NCBI GenBank assembly: GCA_028826165.1
Contig: JAPDFW010000147.1
Location: 620,001-684,000 of the forward strand
Origin: Anaeramoeba ignava BMAN
Lineage: Eukaryota > Protista > Anaeramoebae
Length of the DNA stretch: 64,000 nucleotides
Reading direction: 5' to 3'
Below the pieces are notes generated by a model that was not told the origin of the DNA, made no database searches, and saw only the letters and a program-made list of their open reading frames with translations. The position numbers were made by a program, and so were the translations under genes. This document shows, in pieces, positions 31,901 to 45,165 of this stretch. Every line of letters starts with the position of its first letter. The stretch's first letter is position 1.

Positions 31901-34720
31901 CCAAAACAAATTTAAAACAAATTTAAAACAAATTCAAAACAAATTTAAAACAAATTCAAAACAATTTAATTTCAAAATAATTTAAAACAAATTTAAATTC
32001 AAAACAAATTTAAAACAAATTTAAAACAATTTAAAACAAATTAAAAATAATTTCATTTCAAAATAATTTAATTTCAAAATAATTCCAAAATAATTTAATT
32101 TCAAAATGATTAAATTTCAAAATAATTTAAAAATAATTTAATTTCAAAACAATTTCAAAATAATTTCAAAATAATTTCAAAACAAATTAAAAATAATTTA
32201 ATTTCAAAATAATTTAATTTCAAAATAATTCCAAAATAATTTAATTTCAAATAATTTCAAAATAATTTAATTCCAAAATAATATAATTCCAAAATAATTT
32301 AATTCCAAAATGATTAAATTTCAAAATAATTTAATTCCAAAATAATTTAATTCCAAAATAATTTAATTTCAAAACAAATTAATTCCAAAATAATTTAATT
32401 TCAAAATAATTTAATTCCAAAATAATTTAATTCCAAAATAATTTAATTTCAAAATGATTTAATTTCAAAATAATTTAAATTTAAAAATAATTTAATTCCA
32501 AAATAATCCCAAAATAATTTAATTTCAAAATAATTTAATTCCAAAATAATTCCAAAATAATTCCAAAATAATTTAAATTTAATTTCAAAATGATTTAATT
32601 TCAAAATGATTTAAATTCCAAAATAATTTAATTTCAAAATAATTTAATTTCAAAATAATTTAATTTCAAAATAATTTAATTTCAAAATAATTTAAATTCA
32701 AAATAATTTAATTTCAAAATGATTTAATTTCAAAATAATTTAATTTCAAAATGATTTAATTCCAAAATAATTTAAATTTCAAAATAATTTAACTTCAAAA
32801 TAATTTAATTCCAAAATAATTTAAATTTAAAATAATTTAATTTAAAAATAATTTCAAAATGATTTAATTCCAAAATAATTTAATTTTAAAAATAATTTCA
32901 AAAAATAATTTAACAGAGATATAGAACAGGTTAATTACGTAATAAACTATGATTTCCCACTTTCTAAACAAACATACGTTCATCGAATTGGAAGAACAGC
33001 AAGAGCAGGCGCAAAAGGAATATCACATTCATTTTTTACACCTTCTTCTTTTCATCAAGCAAAAGGATTAATCAAGATTTTAAGAGAATCAAATCAACCT
33101 GTTCCTCAAAAATTAATTGATTTAGTTAATCTAGGAATAAAAAAACAAATTTCTTATAACAAAATTCATTACAGAGATCCTTCTGAAAAAATACAAGATT
33201 ATCGTTTATCTTTTTCTAAAGAACATCGACAAAGAAATGAATTTGCAATAAGACCTGATGAATATGAAGAGATACAAAAATATAATAAATATGTTGTTAA
33301 AGATGAATCAAATCAAAAACAAAATTATGAAAATGATAATTCAAATGAAAATTCAAATGAAAATTCAAATGAAAATTCAAATTTAAATGAAAATGAAAAT
33401 GAAAATGAAAATGAAAATGAAATATCACCTTATCAAGAATCAAGAGCAAAATATCATTTCCATAGATCACCTTTTAATCAAAATGAAAAACAAAAAGAAC
33501 TAAACATTCAAACAATTATCCCACTTTCTCAAGAAGAAGAATTTGAAAAATGGAAAAATCAAAGAGTTTTACCAAAAAAAGTTAATAATCCAATTTCTTA
33601 TAATATTTCAGATCAACAACAAATCCAAAATGTATATCAAGAAGAACCAAAAGATAATTTTAAACAAATGTTTTCTGAAATCAAAGAAGAACTTAAAAAA
33701 GCAATTTTAACAGAACTTCTTCAAGAAATACATAAAGACAAAGATATAAAATCATTAATTACTCAAGATTCAACATCAAAAACAAGAAATGAAGCAAAGG
33801 AAAATTTCACACCAAAACTTAATGAAAGTTTCAAACAAGAATATTCTGATCAAGAAATAAAGGAAAAATTTCATCCAAAACATCCATTTGAATCAAATGA
33901 AAATCCATATTTTCACCATTATCCTTATCCAAATCCTTATAATTATCATCATCCAAATCCTTATAATTATCCTTATCCAAACCCTTATAATTATCCTTAT
34001 CCAAATCCTTATAATTATCCTTATCCAAATCCTTATAATTATCATCAATTTCCTCATTTTGATCCATTTTCTAAAGATAATTATCCAATTCATCAACAAA
34101 CATCTTTTAAATCTTTTCCTAAAAATACATTTAATCATAATTCACCTCATTTTAAAGAAGATGAAATTGAATTTGATCAACTCCAGAAAAGTAAACAAAT
34201 TCAAAAACAAACCATTCAAGAAAGTTATCCTTATATTCCAAATCGATTTTTTCCACAAGATAAAAAAGAAGAATATTTCCAATTTCATGAAAAAGATCAT
34301 TTAGAAAGAACTGGAATTCCATATTTTAATCAAAAATCTAGAAAAGAAATCCCAAAACAAGAAGAAAATTCAATTCCTCATTATTATCCAAAACAAGAAA
34401 ACCAACAAAATCAACTTCAAAAAAGAAATTATTTAAAATCAACCAATCAAAAAGGAAATTTATCACAAAATTACATTCAAAACAAACAAAGAATAAATGA
34501 ATTTGAAAGAGAAGAATTTGGAAATCAATCTAATGATCAAAAAAGAAGGAAATTAAGAGAAGAAGAATTAAAACAAATTTTAAGACAAAGAAGAGAAGAT
34601 GCAGATTATGATGATGATTATTATAGGGATTATTCCTTTTTAAATCATCAAAATCAAAGAAATTTAGATACAAATTTTGAATTAGAAAAAGAATTAAAAA
34701 GAAAACAATTTTTTGATTAA
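28916..34720 (+). CDS. DBP2-like: DBP2/p68-like DEAD-box RNA helicase with very long N- and C-terminal low-complexity extensions (3 exons, 1-nt frameshift in the DEAD motif)
   Basis: PTPIQAQGWP, AETGSGKT, TPGRLIDFL, LDEA/DKML, SATWPKEV and YVHRIGRTARAG. The last exon is open from 32917 to 34720. Confidence 0.88.
30510..31092 (+). repeat. AT-rich satellite in DEAD-box helicase intron 1
   Basis: Tandem AAAATAATTTATATTAAAT / TTCAAAAT units. Confidence 0.85.
31895..32910 (+). repeat. ~16-bp satellite (AAAATAATTTAATTTC)n in DEAD-box helicase intron 2
   Basis: Tandem array between the GT at 31881 and the CAG at 32916. Confidence 0.88.
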
Positions 34721-34753
34721 TTCAAAAATTTAATTCAAAATAAAAAAAAAAAA

Positions 34754-37700
34754 TTACAAATTTTTAAACAATTCTAAAAATTGATGAAAAATTTCAGATT
34801 CATTAATCCATTGTTGAATATTTAAATTAGGATTTTTAAAATTTAAAGAATCTAATCCATTCAAAATCATTTCATAAATTTCTTTTGAATTAATCTTAAT
34901 CATAATATTTGATTGAATAATAAATTTTCGAAAAATTTGATTAAATGAAAATGGAATTGGATAATCTAATACTAAAAAAGATTCAATATCAAATTCTTGT
35001 TTTTGAGAAGAATAAATAAAATCTTCTTCAGAATCATCACTTGAGGAAAAAGCTGAAACAATTAATTCTAAAATTGATTGTAATTTTGGGAAAATAATTT
35101 CTTCATAATTTTGAAATAAATATCCAAATGAAAGAGCAATTATTTTTTTTTGAAAAGAAAATGTACAAAAATCAGAAAATATAATCATTTGATCAATAAA
35201 ATTGAGAATAAAGTGTTGATATTCTTCATTTCCATCTTTGTTTTCGTTATTTCTTTTTGATTGATAAAAATCTTGCAATATTTTTGATGAAAAAGATGGA
35301 TTATGAACGATTATTCTTGAAAAAAGAAAGATATAATTCAATTTAAGGTTTAAAGCAACCTCATCAAAATCATCTTCACAAATAATCCCTTCAAGAATAG
35401 ATTGCAAGATGTTAGTATTTGCAAGTAATTCTGAGATTCTATGAGGGATCTTATCAAATAATTTTTGTAAAACTTGAATCAAAACAAAAGTTCCTTGATC
35501 TGTAATTTTCAAAATAATTTCATCAAAAACTGAGATGATTTGAGAAGAAAATAATTCAATGAAGTCTGTAGTTTCTAATATTATGTATGCCTCAATAATT
35601 TCAAGTGATTTGAAGAGATGATCATCCATAAATAATGATATAACTTCAAGTATTTTTGGAAAAATTGTTCTCAATAATGAAAAATATTCTGAAAGATTCA
35701 TATCGATATTGGATTGATAATCAACTTGGAAAACATTCTTATTCCTCAACAAATTACACCAAAGAGAAAGAAACTCTTCCAAAATGAGAGAAGAAGTTGC
35801 AAAATTAGAATTTGCAATTTTGTTAATAATGGGGATAATAAACGGATATGTTTGTTTTGAATCTTCACCAAATGAATGTATAAATGCAGATAAAAGACGC
35901 AAAAAGGAGTTTTGAAGAATTGATTGAGAAAAGGTATTGTTTCGATGATTGAATTTTGAATTTGGAGATTCGATATTCTGCCACAAATTAATAGATATTT
36001 CAAGAATTTTGAGAAGATGAGGTTTCAAAGTATTCCCGAAATGGAACAACAACAAAAACAAAGCAGAAAAAACAGAATTGATATTATCCTCGTCAGAAAG
36101 CAAGTCTATCATTCCGATTAGATTATCAATCCAAGATAAAACATGCGTTTCTTGTCCAAGAACATCAATACAAGGTGAAATTATTTTAAGTGTTTCAACA
36201 GCTTGAATTTTAACAATGATATTTTGACTTGAGATTGCATTTGTGATTAATTGAAATGCTTGAGACTGAATTTCTTGCGGAATTTTTCCAAAAAGAAATA
36301 TACCGAGGATCCAACAAACTCGACGAAGAAGAATTCCTGAAACATCTTCTTGAGTTTCAGGAAGAAGATGATTTAAGAACCATTCATTAAAGTTGATTCT
36401 TTCAAAAAGCGCAAAGGAACCCAATCCAATAAAACGATAAATTGCATCTTTGGTTAGCACATTTTCTTTAGTAAATTCGTTGTAATCTTGACCCAGAAGA
36501 GCAGTGTATAATTCAAGTGAAACTGAGGAAACCAACTCTGGAAATTCCTCATAGAGAGTTTCAATAAAACGTTCTGCTGCAGGAACAATATCATATCTCC
36601 AGCTATTGAATGTGGTTCTTTTGATGTAATTTTCTTGTTCTTTTTCTTGTTGCCATTGTTCTATATCTTCGTCTGTCATCACAAATATATTTTGAACAAG
36701 AGATTTTGCACATTAAAGATATGGTTTCTGGATTGATAATCTCCTTTACTTCAAGATGTGAAGACAAAATATTTAACCATTCCATAACAAATATCAATTC
36801 TTCAATGAAAAAAATTGATTTTTTTGATGATTCTGTATTTGAATATTGTGAAATAAATGAATAAATTTCTTCAAGTAAAATTTTCATAATTGGAAATATA
36901 TTGCTTTCAAAAAGCACTGGCAAATCTTTGTGTTGATAAAGAAATCTCATCATATAAATGCTTATATATTCATTCATTTCTAATTCTTCCTGGTTTTTTA
37001 TTTTTGAATTTTCTTCACTTCGTTTTTTATTGTTTTGGATTAAAAGTTCCCATTTGATCACAAATTGTGTAAAAAATTCTTGGAAGTTTAACTCTAGATT
37101 AAGTTTGTTTGATCCTTTGATTAAAATTGCCAATGATTTTGTTATTGATTTGATATTTTTTCGCATATTTTTGCAATTAAATTCATTTGGTTTTTGCGAT
37201 ATTTCTTTTTCTGAAATCAATTTTTCGTTGAAAGCAAAAACTTGATTTAATTGTGATTCAAAAATAGAATTTAACATTGGGAAGATTTGAGATATGGTTT
37301 GCTGAATAAATTGAGGATAAAGGTTGATTGAATCTTCATTTATCACTTCAAAAATCATAAAATATAATAATTTGATTTTATGTTTGTTTTTAAAATTTGA
37401 TAAATTTTCAATGGAAAAAATGTTTCCAATAATTTCTTCAAGCATTGGAAGCCTATTTGAATAAATAGTAATAAATAAATATTGCTTTAAAAGTTTTATA
37501 ATTTCATTTTATTTTACCAAGAATCTGGTTTTTCTTGTGAAAATATTTTAGAAATTGTGAGAGAATTTTGGATTAAAATCTGTTTTGTTTTGTTTTTTTG
37601 AATTTTTAAAATTAATTTTCTTTTAATAAATATAATTTATAATATTTTTCACAAACATTATTTTGGTTTTCGTTATTATCATCTTTTTCCAAAATATTAA

Positions 37701-38114
37701 GTAAATTATGGAGAATTTCTGATTTTTCTTGATTATCAATTTTCAATCTTTTTTTTTTTAAATTTTAAAATTTAATTTTTAATTTGAAAATTTTTTGTTA
37801 TTAAAATTTAATTTAAATTTACTTTTTATTATTTAAATAAATTGAAGAAAATAAATTCTTTAAAAATATTGAAGCAACAAGACGAATTTTAATTGGAATA
37901 TCAACGTTAGAAATGAAGTTCTTTTTTTATTTAGAAATAATTTATAATTTTATAATTGTTTAATTTATTAATTTTAAATTTAATTTACTGAAATTAATAA
38001 AGGAATTCCTTTTTCTTCACTTGAAATTAATAAAAATTGTTCTGATGATTTTCTTATTTCTTCTTTTTGATTTAAAATATTTAGAAAATGATAATGAAGT
38101 TGATCAAAATTCAT
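34754..38114 (-). CDS. IPO11: Importin-11 / Kap120-like karyopherin (multi-exon, frameshift near 36685)
   Basis: IBN_N-like IRLVASIFLKN, plus KDAIYRFIGL, INFNEWFLNHLLPE and LLRRVCWILG resembling IPO11 motifs. Confidence 0.8.
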
Positions 38115-38212
38115 TTTTTAATTAAAAAGAAAAAATGAAAAATGAAAAAAAAATTTTGAATAAAAAAATATTTTTTCCGGTTTTTAATTTTTCATTTTTT
38201 TTTAATTAAAAA

Positions 38213-40224
38213 ATGAATCCAAGAGAAACAAATAGTGAAATAAATCAAGAATTTGTAATTTTAAATTAAAATTTCCAAAAAAAGAAAAAAAAAATATTAA
38301 TTCTTTAAACAATTTTTTTTGGAAAGAATATTGAAACATTTACATTTGGGAATGAACGTCCATATCAAAAAGATTATTTTGATGAAACTGTTAAATTACT
38401 TATATTATTTAAAAAATATCACAAAAAACAAATTATTATTGATGAAAAGGAAGTTCGTTTTATTTTTTTAGCAATTGATAAAAAAACATTTCTTAGAATT
38501 AAAGTTTCTAAAGAAATTTCTCATTCAGTTCTTTATATTTATTCAAGTTTATTTATTGATTTTATCAATTGTTATCAATCTGACATGGATCTTTGTTATT
38601 ATGAAAGGAATGAATTAAGTAAAATTTATTCAGATATTGGAATAGAAAAAGATATGAAAAAAAATCAAGTTCATTTTCCTTCTTTTTTTGTTTCATTGGT
38701 TAGTAGAATTTTTTCAATGAATTTAATTAATTTTAAATGAATTTAATTGAATTTTAAATGAATTTAATTGAATTTTAAATGAATTGAATTGAATTTTAAA
38801 TGAATTTAATTGAATTTTTAAATGAATTGAATTGAATTGAATTGAATTGAATTGAATATTGAATTGAATTAAATTGAATTAAATTGAATATTGAATTGAA
38901 TATTGAATTGAATTGAATTGAATTAAATTGAATTGAATTGAATTGAATTGAATTGAATTAAATTGAATATTGAATTGAATTGAATTGAATTGAATATTTA
39001 ATTGAATTGAATTAAAATATTTGGATTAAATATTGAATTGAATTGAATTGAATTGAATTGAATTGAATTGAATTAAATTAAATTGAATTGAATTGAATTG
39101 AATTAAATTGAATTGAATTGAATATTGAATTTGAATTGAATTGAATTGAATTGAATTGAATTGAATTGAATTGAATATTGAATTTAATTGAATATTGAAT
39201 TTAATTGAATTGAATTGAATTGAATTGAATTGAATTAAATTGAATATTGAATTAAATTGAATTGAATTGAATATTGAATTGAATTGAATATTGAATTGAA
39301 TTGAATATTGAATTGAATTGAATTGAATTGAATTTAATTGAATTGAATTGAATTATTTTATTTGAATTATTTTATTCGAATTAGGAACAAAAATATAAAT
39401 TGCTTTATGTTATTCAAAGAATGGAAATTTTAAGAGATTCTTGTTTTTTTGCTCATTTTTGTATTTTTTATCAAGATTCTTTACTTTTTTCAAGTTTTTT
39501 TGATCCTCGTTTATCTTATTTAATGCTTTTACTCTCAAGATTAATTCAAAAAAGAAAAAAAAAAGAACCAAATAAAAGTTATTTTGAAATGGATTTTTAT
39601 TTCGGAAAGATTTCAAAAAGGAAAAAATATGATCATGAAATGGGAGTTGATGATCAAATATATTTTAAAAATGGGAATTTTGACTCTTTTGATCCAAATT
39701 CTCCAATAAAAACTTATTTCTTCAAAAGAGAAAAAAACAAAAAAGAAATAGGATTTTTATTCATTTCAAAAAATGTATTTTATTTATTAATATTAAATTT
39801 TGATCCAAAAAATTTTTTATATTATTTTTTACGATTTTTATTATAAAGAAAATTGATACTATTAGTGAAAAAATTCAAAAAGAATTTGCTTTATTTCCTA
39901 ATTTTGATTTTGTTGTTGAAGATGATTCTATTATTGAAACTCTTCTTGTTGATAAAAAAAATATTTCCGAATTGAAAAGAAATGTTTTTGATCCAAATTT
40001 TCCCGAATTTATAGATTATTCAAATCAAATTTTTAATCAAGAAGATGATTGGCTTTATTTAAAGTAAATTCAATTTAAATTAAATCAAGAATTTTCTTAT
40101 CTAATTTTATTTTTTAATTTTTAATTTTAGGAATTTAAAATTTTCCCAATTTTTAATTCAAAATGAAAATTTTAAACAATTTGAAAGATTAAAAATTCAA
40201 AATAATAATTTCAAAAATAATAAA
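38213..40224 (+). CDS. Uncharacterised multi-exon protein (weak resemblance to the Ccz1/Intu/HPS4 longin family)
   Basis: Open exons at ~38328-38698 and ~39386-40063 with GT-AG boundaries. The family call rests only on the CIFYQDSLLFSS pattern. End coordinate approximate. Confidence 0.45.
38718..39355 (+). repeat. (GAATT)n pentamer satellite in an intron
   Basis: Direct tandem array. Confidence 0.93.
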
Positions 40225-40299
40225 AATAAAAATAAAAAATAATTTAAAAAAAATTTTTTTCATTTTTTTCGTTTTTCATTTTTTTTCTTTTTTTTTAAA

Positions 40300-42636
40300 A
40301 TGAAATTAGATGTTCGAATGTTTCGTTATTTATCAAAAGAATCATTTAGAGTTCTTGCAGCAGTTGAATTAGGAATGAGAAATCATGAACTTGTACCACT
40401 TCCTTTAATAGAATCACTTTCAAAACTTAAAAGAGGAGGATCAAGAAAATTAATTAAAAATCCATGTCTTAAACATAAATTAGTAACACATAGCTCAAAA
40501 GATTGTAAAAGAACATTTCAATTAGAACAATTATAATTATAATTATAATTATAATTATAATTATATTTATATATTTATATTTATATCTATATTTATATTT
40601 ATATTTATATTTATATTTATAATTATATTTATATTTATAATTATATTTATATTTATAATTATATTTATATTTATATTTATATTTATATTTATATTTATAT
40701 TTATATTTATAATTATAATTATATTTATATTTATATTTATATTTATATTTATATTTATATTTATATTTATATTTATATTTATATTTATATTTTATTTATT
40801 TTTATATTTTATAATTATATTTTATATTTTTGTATTTTATTTTATATTTATATTTATGCTTATATTTATCTTTATATTTATATTTATATTTATATTTATA
40901 TTTATTTATATTTATATTTATAATTATATTTATATTTATATTTATATTTATAATTTATATTTATATTTATAATTATATTTATATTTATATTTTATATTTT
41001 ATATTTATATTTATAATTATATTTATTTTTAAATTTATTTTTATATTTTATATTTATATTTATATTTATATTTATATTTATCTTTATATTTATATTTATA
41101 TTTATATTTATATTTATATTTATATTTATATTTATATTTATATTTATATTTATATTTATATTTATATTTATATTTATATTTATATTTATATTTATATTTA
41201 TATTTATATTTATATTTATATTTATATTTATATTTATATTTATATTTATATTTAGATGACGGATATAAACTCACTTATTTGGGTTATGACTTTCTTGCTT
41301 TAAATGCATTTGTTAATCGAAGAACTGTTGTTTCAGTTGGAAGAAAAATCGGAGTAGGGAAAGAATCAGATATTTATTTAGTTAGAGGACGTATGGATAT
41401 TCAAGAAGACAAAACCAAAGATAAGAAAAAACAAAGGGAAGAATATGAACAAAATGAATTACTTAATGAGGAAAACAAAGAGGAAGATGTTGTTCCACTT
41501 ATTTTGAAATTACATCGACTTGGAAGAATTAGTTTTCAAAAAGTTAAATTGAAACGTGATTATTTAAAAAACAGAAATTCATCTTCTTGGATTTATCTCT
41601 CACGTTTATCTGCACTGAAGGAATATAGTTATATGAAGCTTCTTTATGAAAGAGGATTTCCTGTTCCTCGACCTGTTGATGTTAATAGACATTCAATTGT
41701 TATGGAACTTGTTAATGGTTATCCTTTAAATCAAGTCAAGAATATTCAACATCCTCATATTGTTTTCCATAAAATGAAGGAATTAATGATTGAAATTTTT
41801 AATATTGGTTTGATTCATTGTGATTTTAATGAGTTTAATGTCATGATTGATGACAAAGAGGATATTACTTTGATTGATTTTCCTCAAATGGTTTCTATTC
41901 ATCATCCAAATGCTGAAGTTTTATTTGATAGAGATGTTAAAAATTTGTTGGATTTTTTTAATAGAAGGTTTAAATTTATTCCGGATGATGAAGATGTTAA
42001 AGGTTTTTGTTATAAGGATTTAATCAAGAATTATTCTGAAAATAATGTTGATTTATCAAATGAAATTAGACAAACTGGATTTACAGAAGAAATGGAAAAA
42101 GAATTAATGGAAAATATTGATTTAGATGAAAAATATGATGAAAATGAAATTGAAAATGAAAATGAAAATGAAAATCAAATTGAAAATGAAAATGAAATTG
42201 AAAATGAAAATGAAAATGAAAATGAAAATGAAAATGAAAATGAAAATGAAAATGAAAATGAAAATGAAAATGAAAATGAAAATGAAAATGAAAAATGAAA
42301 AATGAAAATGAAAATGAAAATGAAAATGAAAATGAAAATGAAAATGAAAATGAAAATGAAATTGAAAATGAAATTGAAAATGAAAATGAAAATGAAAATG
42401 AAAATGAAAATGAAAATGAAATTGAAAATGAAAATGAAAATGAAATTGAAAATGAAAATGAAAATGAAAATGAAAATGAAAATGATATAAAAGAAGAAGA
42501 ACTTAAAACTAAAAGAAAAATAATTCGAAAGAATTTAATGAAAAAATATGAAAAGAAAGCAAGACAAACTCAATTAAGAAAGAATAGAAGTAAAGCCTCT
42601 ATAAGAAAAAAAGGGAAAACAATAGAAAAATATTAA
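40300..42636 (+). CDS. RIOK2: RIO2 atypical kinase (1 intron, frameshifts in the poly-EN tract)
   Basis: [53 protein letters not shown] and IDFPQMVS. Confidence 0.95.
40530..41253 (+). repeat. (TATATT)n satellite in the RIO2 intron
   Basis: Hexamer array ending at the TTTAG acceptor. Confidence 0.93.
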
Positions 42637-42721
42637 ATAAAATCAAATAAAATAAAAAATTTATTATTTTCTTTTCAAAAAATTATTCAAAAAAAAATAT
42701 CAAATTTGAATTAAGTTTTAG

Positions 42722-43294
42722 TTAAAAATCTGAAGAATCTTCTTTTTCTTTTTCTTTTTCTTTTTCATTTTCTTGATTTTCTTGATTTTTTTCAGTTTTA
42801 TTTTTATTACTTTTTGTTCTTTTTTTTGTTTGTTTTTCTTTTTCAATATTAATTTGAATAAATCTTTCAATTAAATTCTTTAAACTTTCATTTCTTCTAC
42901 AATAAAGTAAAACATCAGGAGGTTTTATTAATGTTCTTTTACCATGATTAGCAAAAAATTCTAAATCATTTGATATTCTATTTGCTTTTATTTTTTTATT
43001 AAAATATTTTTTTAATTTTATAAATAATTTTTATTTTGAATTTTTTTAATTTTTTTACAAAGTAAATCAAAAACTAAATCTGTTAAATCAAATAAAGTTT
43101 GTTTTGGAATAAATTGTTTTTTATTTTTTGATGTTGCAATTTGAGAAATTGTATAAAATAATGAATAACGAATTTTCTTCCATTTTTCTTCTTCTTCTTT
43201 TTCTTCTTTTTTTTCCTTTTTCTTTTTCATTTTCATTTTCATTATCAATTTGAATTTGAATTTCATTTAAATTATTATTTTCATTTTCATTCAT
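42722..43294 (-). CDS. CENPS: CENP-S / MHF1 histone-fold protein (2 exons, probable frameshift near 43215)
   Basis: IRYSLFYTISQI...NDLEFFANHGKRTLIKPPDVLLYCRRN resembles CENP-S DLEMFARHAKRTTINTEDVKLLARR. The second exon was translated by hand. Confidence 0.82.
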
Positions 43295-43466
43295 TTTCAA
43301 AATAAAAGAAAATAAAATGAAAAAAATGAAAAATGAAAATTTAAATAGTTTTTGATTTTTTTTTGAAAATAATTTCATTAATTAAAAATTGATTAAAAAT
43401 TGATTAAAAATTGATTAAAAATTGAAAGAAATAATTATAATAATTTTAAAAAATAAAAGTTTTAAT

Positions 43467-44996
43467 TCATTTTTTTTTCTGAAGAGAAGCTAATTCCTTT
43501 TTTTTTTGTTCCAATAAATCATCTAAATAATCCAATCTATCTTGAAGACTTTGAACAAGTGGAAGACATAAATATTCCATTAAACAACTTAATTTTTTTT
43601 GATAAACACTTGAATAAAAAATAGTATCCATTGGATGAAGTTGGTTTGAATTACTAAAATTTTATAAATAATTTTGTAAATAATTTAATAAGTAATTTTA
43701 TAAATAATTTTATAAATAATTTTATAATTAATTTTATAATTAATTTTATAATTAATTTTATAAATAATTTTATAAATAATTTTATAAATAATTTTATAAA
43801 TAATTTTATAAATAATTTAATATTTAATTTTATATATAATTTTATATTTAATTTTATAAATAATTTTATAAATAATTTTATATAATTTAATTTTATAATT
43901 AATTTTATAAATAATTTTATAAATAATTTTATAAATAATTTTATTAAATAATTTTATAATAATTTTATAAATAATTTTATAAATAATTTTATAAATAATT
44001 TTATAAATAATTTTATAATTAATTTTATAATTAATTTTATAAATAATTTTATAAATAATTTTATAAATAATTAATTTTATAATTAATTTTATAATTAATT
44101 TTATAAATAATTTTATAATTAATTTTATAAATAATTTTATAAATAATTTTATAAATAATTTTATAAATAATTTTATAAATAATTTTGTAAATAATTTTAT
44201 ATTTAATTTTATAAATAATTTTATAAATAATTTTAATTTTATAAATAATTTTATAAATAATTTTATAAATAATTTTATAAATAATTTTATATTTAATTTT
44301 ATAAATAATTTTATAAATAATTTAATATTTAATTTTGAAATCAAACTTGAGTTTTGAACGTTCAATAAAAAGGGAAAAAGCATTTTTATGTTCATTCAAG
44401 ATAGTTTTTGGTAATTGAAGAATAGAATCAGCCGAATTTCTATTAAAATAAGAGAAATCAGAAGAGACAATACCTAAAGGGATTTGGATATGTTCATGAT
44501 CACCAGATTGAGAATAAATATCATTAGGATCAGAAAAATTCTGTCTGCTTTGAAAGCAAGTGACCTGTATCCTACCGATATTAGTTGAAGGGTCATTATT
44601 AAACACAGAGAAGATAATGCCTATGAAATCAGGATCCATCATCTGGTAGTCATTCTGTGTACGTAAATCAACATGGGAGGGAAACACAGTGATATGAGGA
44701 TGTGAATGGATCCACCCAATAACTCTATGCTCAATATTAGTCTCTTTCGTCAGTCGCTCTGCTAGCGTTACACACTTCGAAAGTTGCTCGGCTGGGATCT
44801 CAACACGATCTCCTCGTTTGTCACTCCGTTGAACAGATACATACTTGTGGATAGTGATAATGTGCTCGTTTGAACTTGTTCGTACTTTTCCTCCTAAAAG
44901 AAGTCCCATTATCTCTTCCCGTTCCGTTGTTAATGCTGTTTGAAGACATGAATAAAATACTTCGCTGCTTAGATTAACGCCTACTAATGTCGACAT
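43467..44996 (-). CDS. BRCC3: BRCC36 JAMM/MPN+ K63 deubiquitinase (2 exons)
   Basis: ALTTEREEIMGLLLG, SDKRGDRVEI, GWIHSHPHITVFPSHVDLRTQ and last-exon LMEYLCLPLVQSLQDR. Confidence 0.92.
43660..44330. repeat. 12-bp satellite (TTTTATAAATAA)n in the BRCC36 intron
   Basis: Direct tandem array. Confidence 0.9.
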
Positions 44997-45165
44997 TTTT
45001 CTTATTGGAAAAAAAAAATGAAAATTAAAAAAATGAAAAATTAAAAAAATGAAAAATAAAAAAATGAAAAATAAAAAAATGAAAATTAAAAAAATGAAAA
45101 ATAAAAAAATGAAAATTATTTTTTTCATTTTTTTTCTTTTAAAAAAAGATTTTAAATATTAAAAA

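Noticed and set aside
38718-39355. Telomeric repeat
   Set aside because: Lies between GT and AG inside a gene, is degenerate, and is not G-rich.
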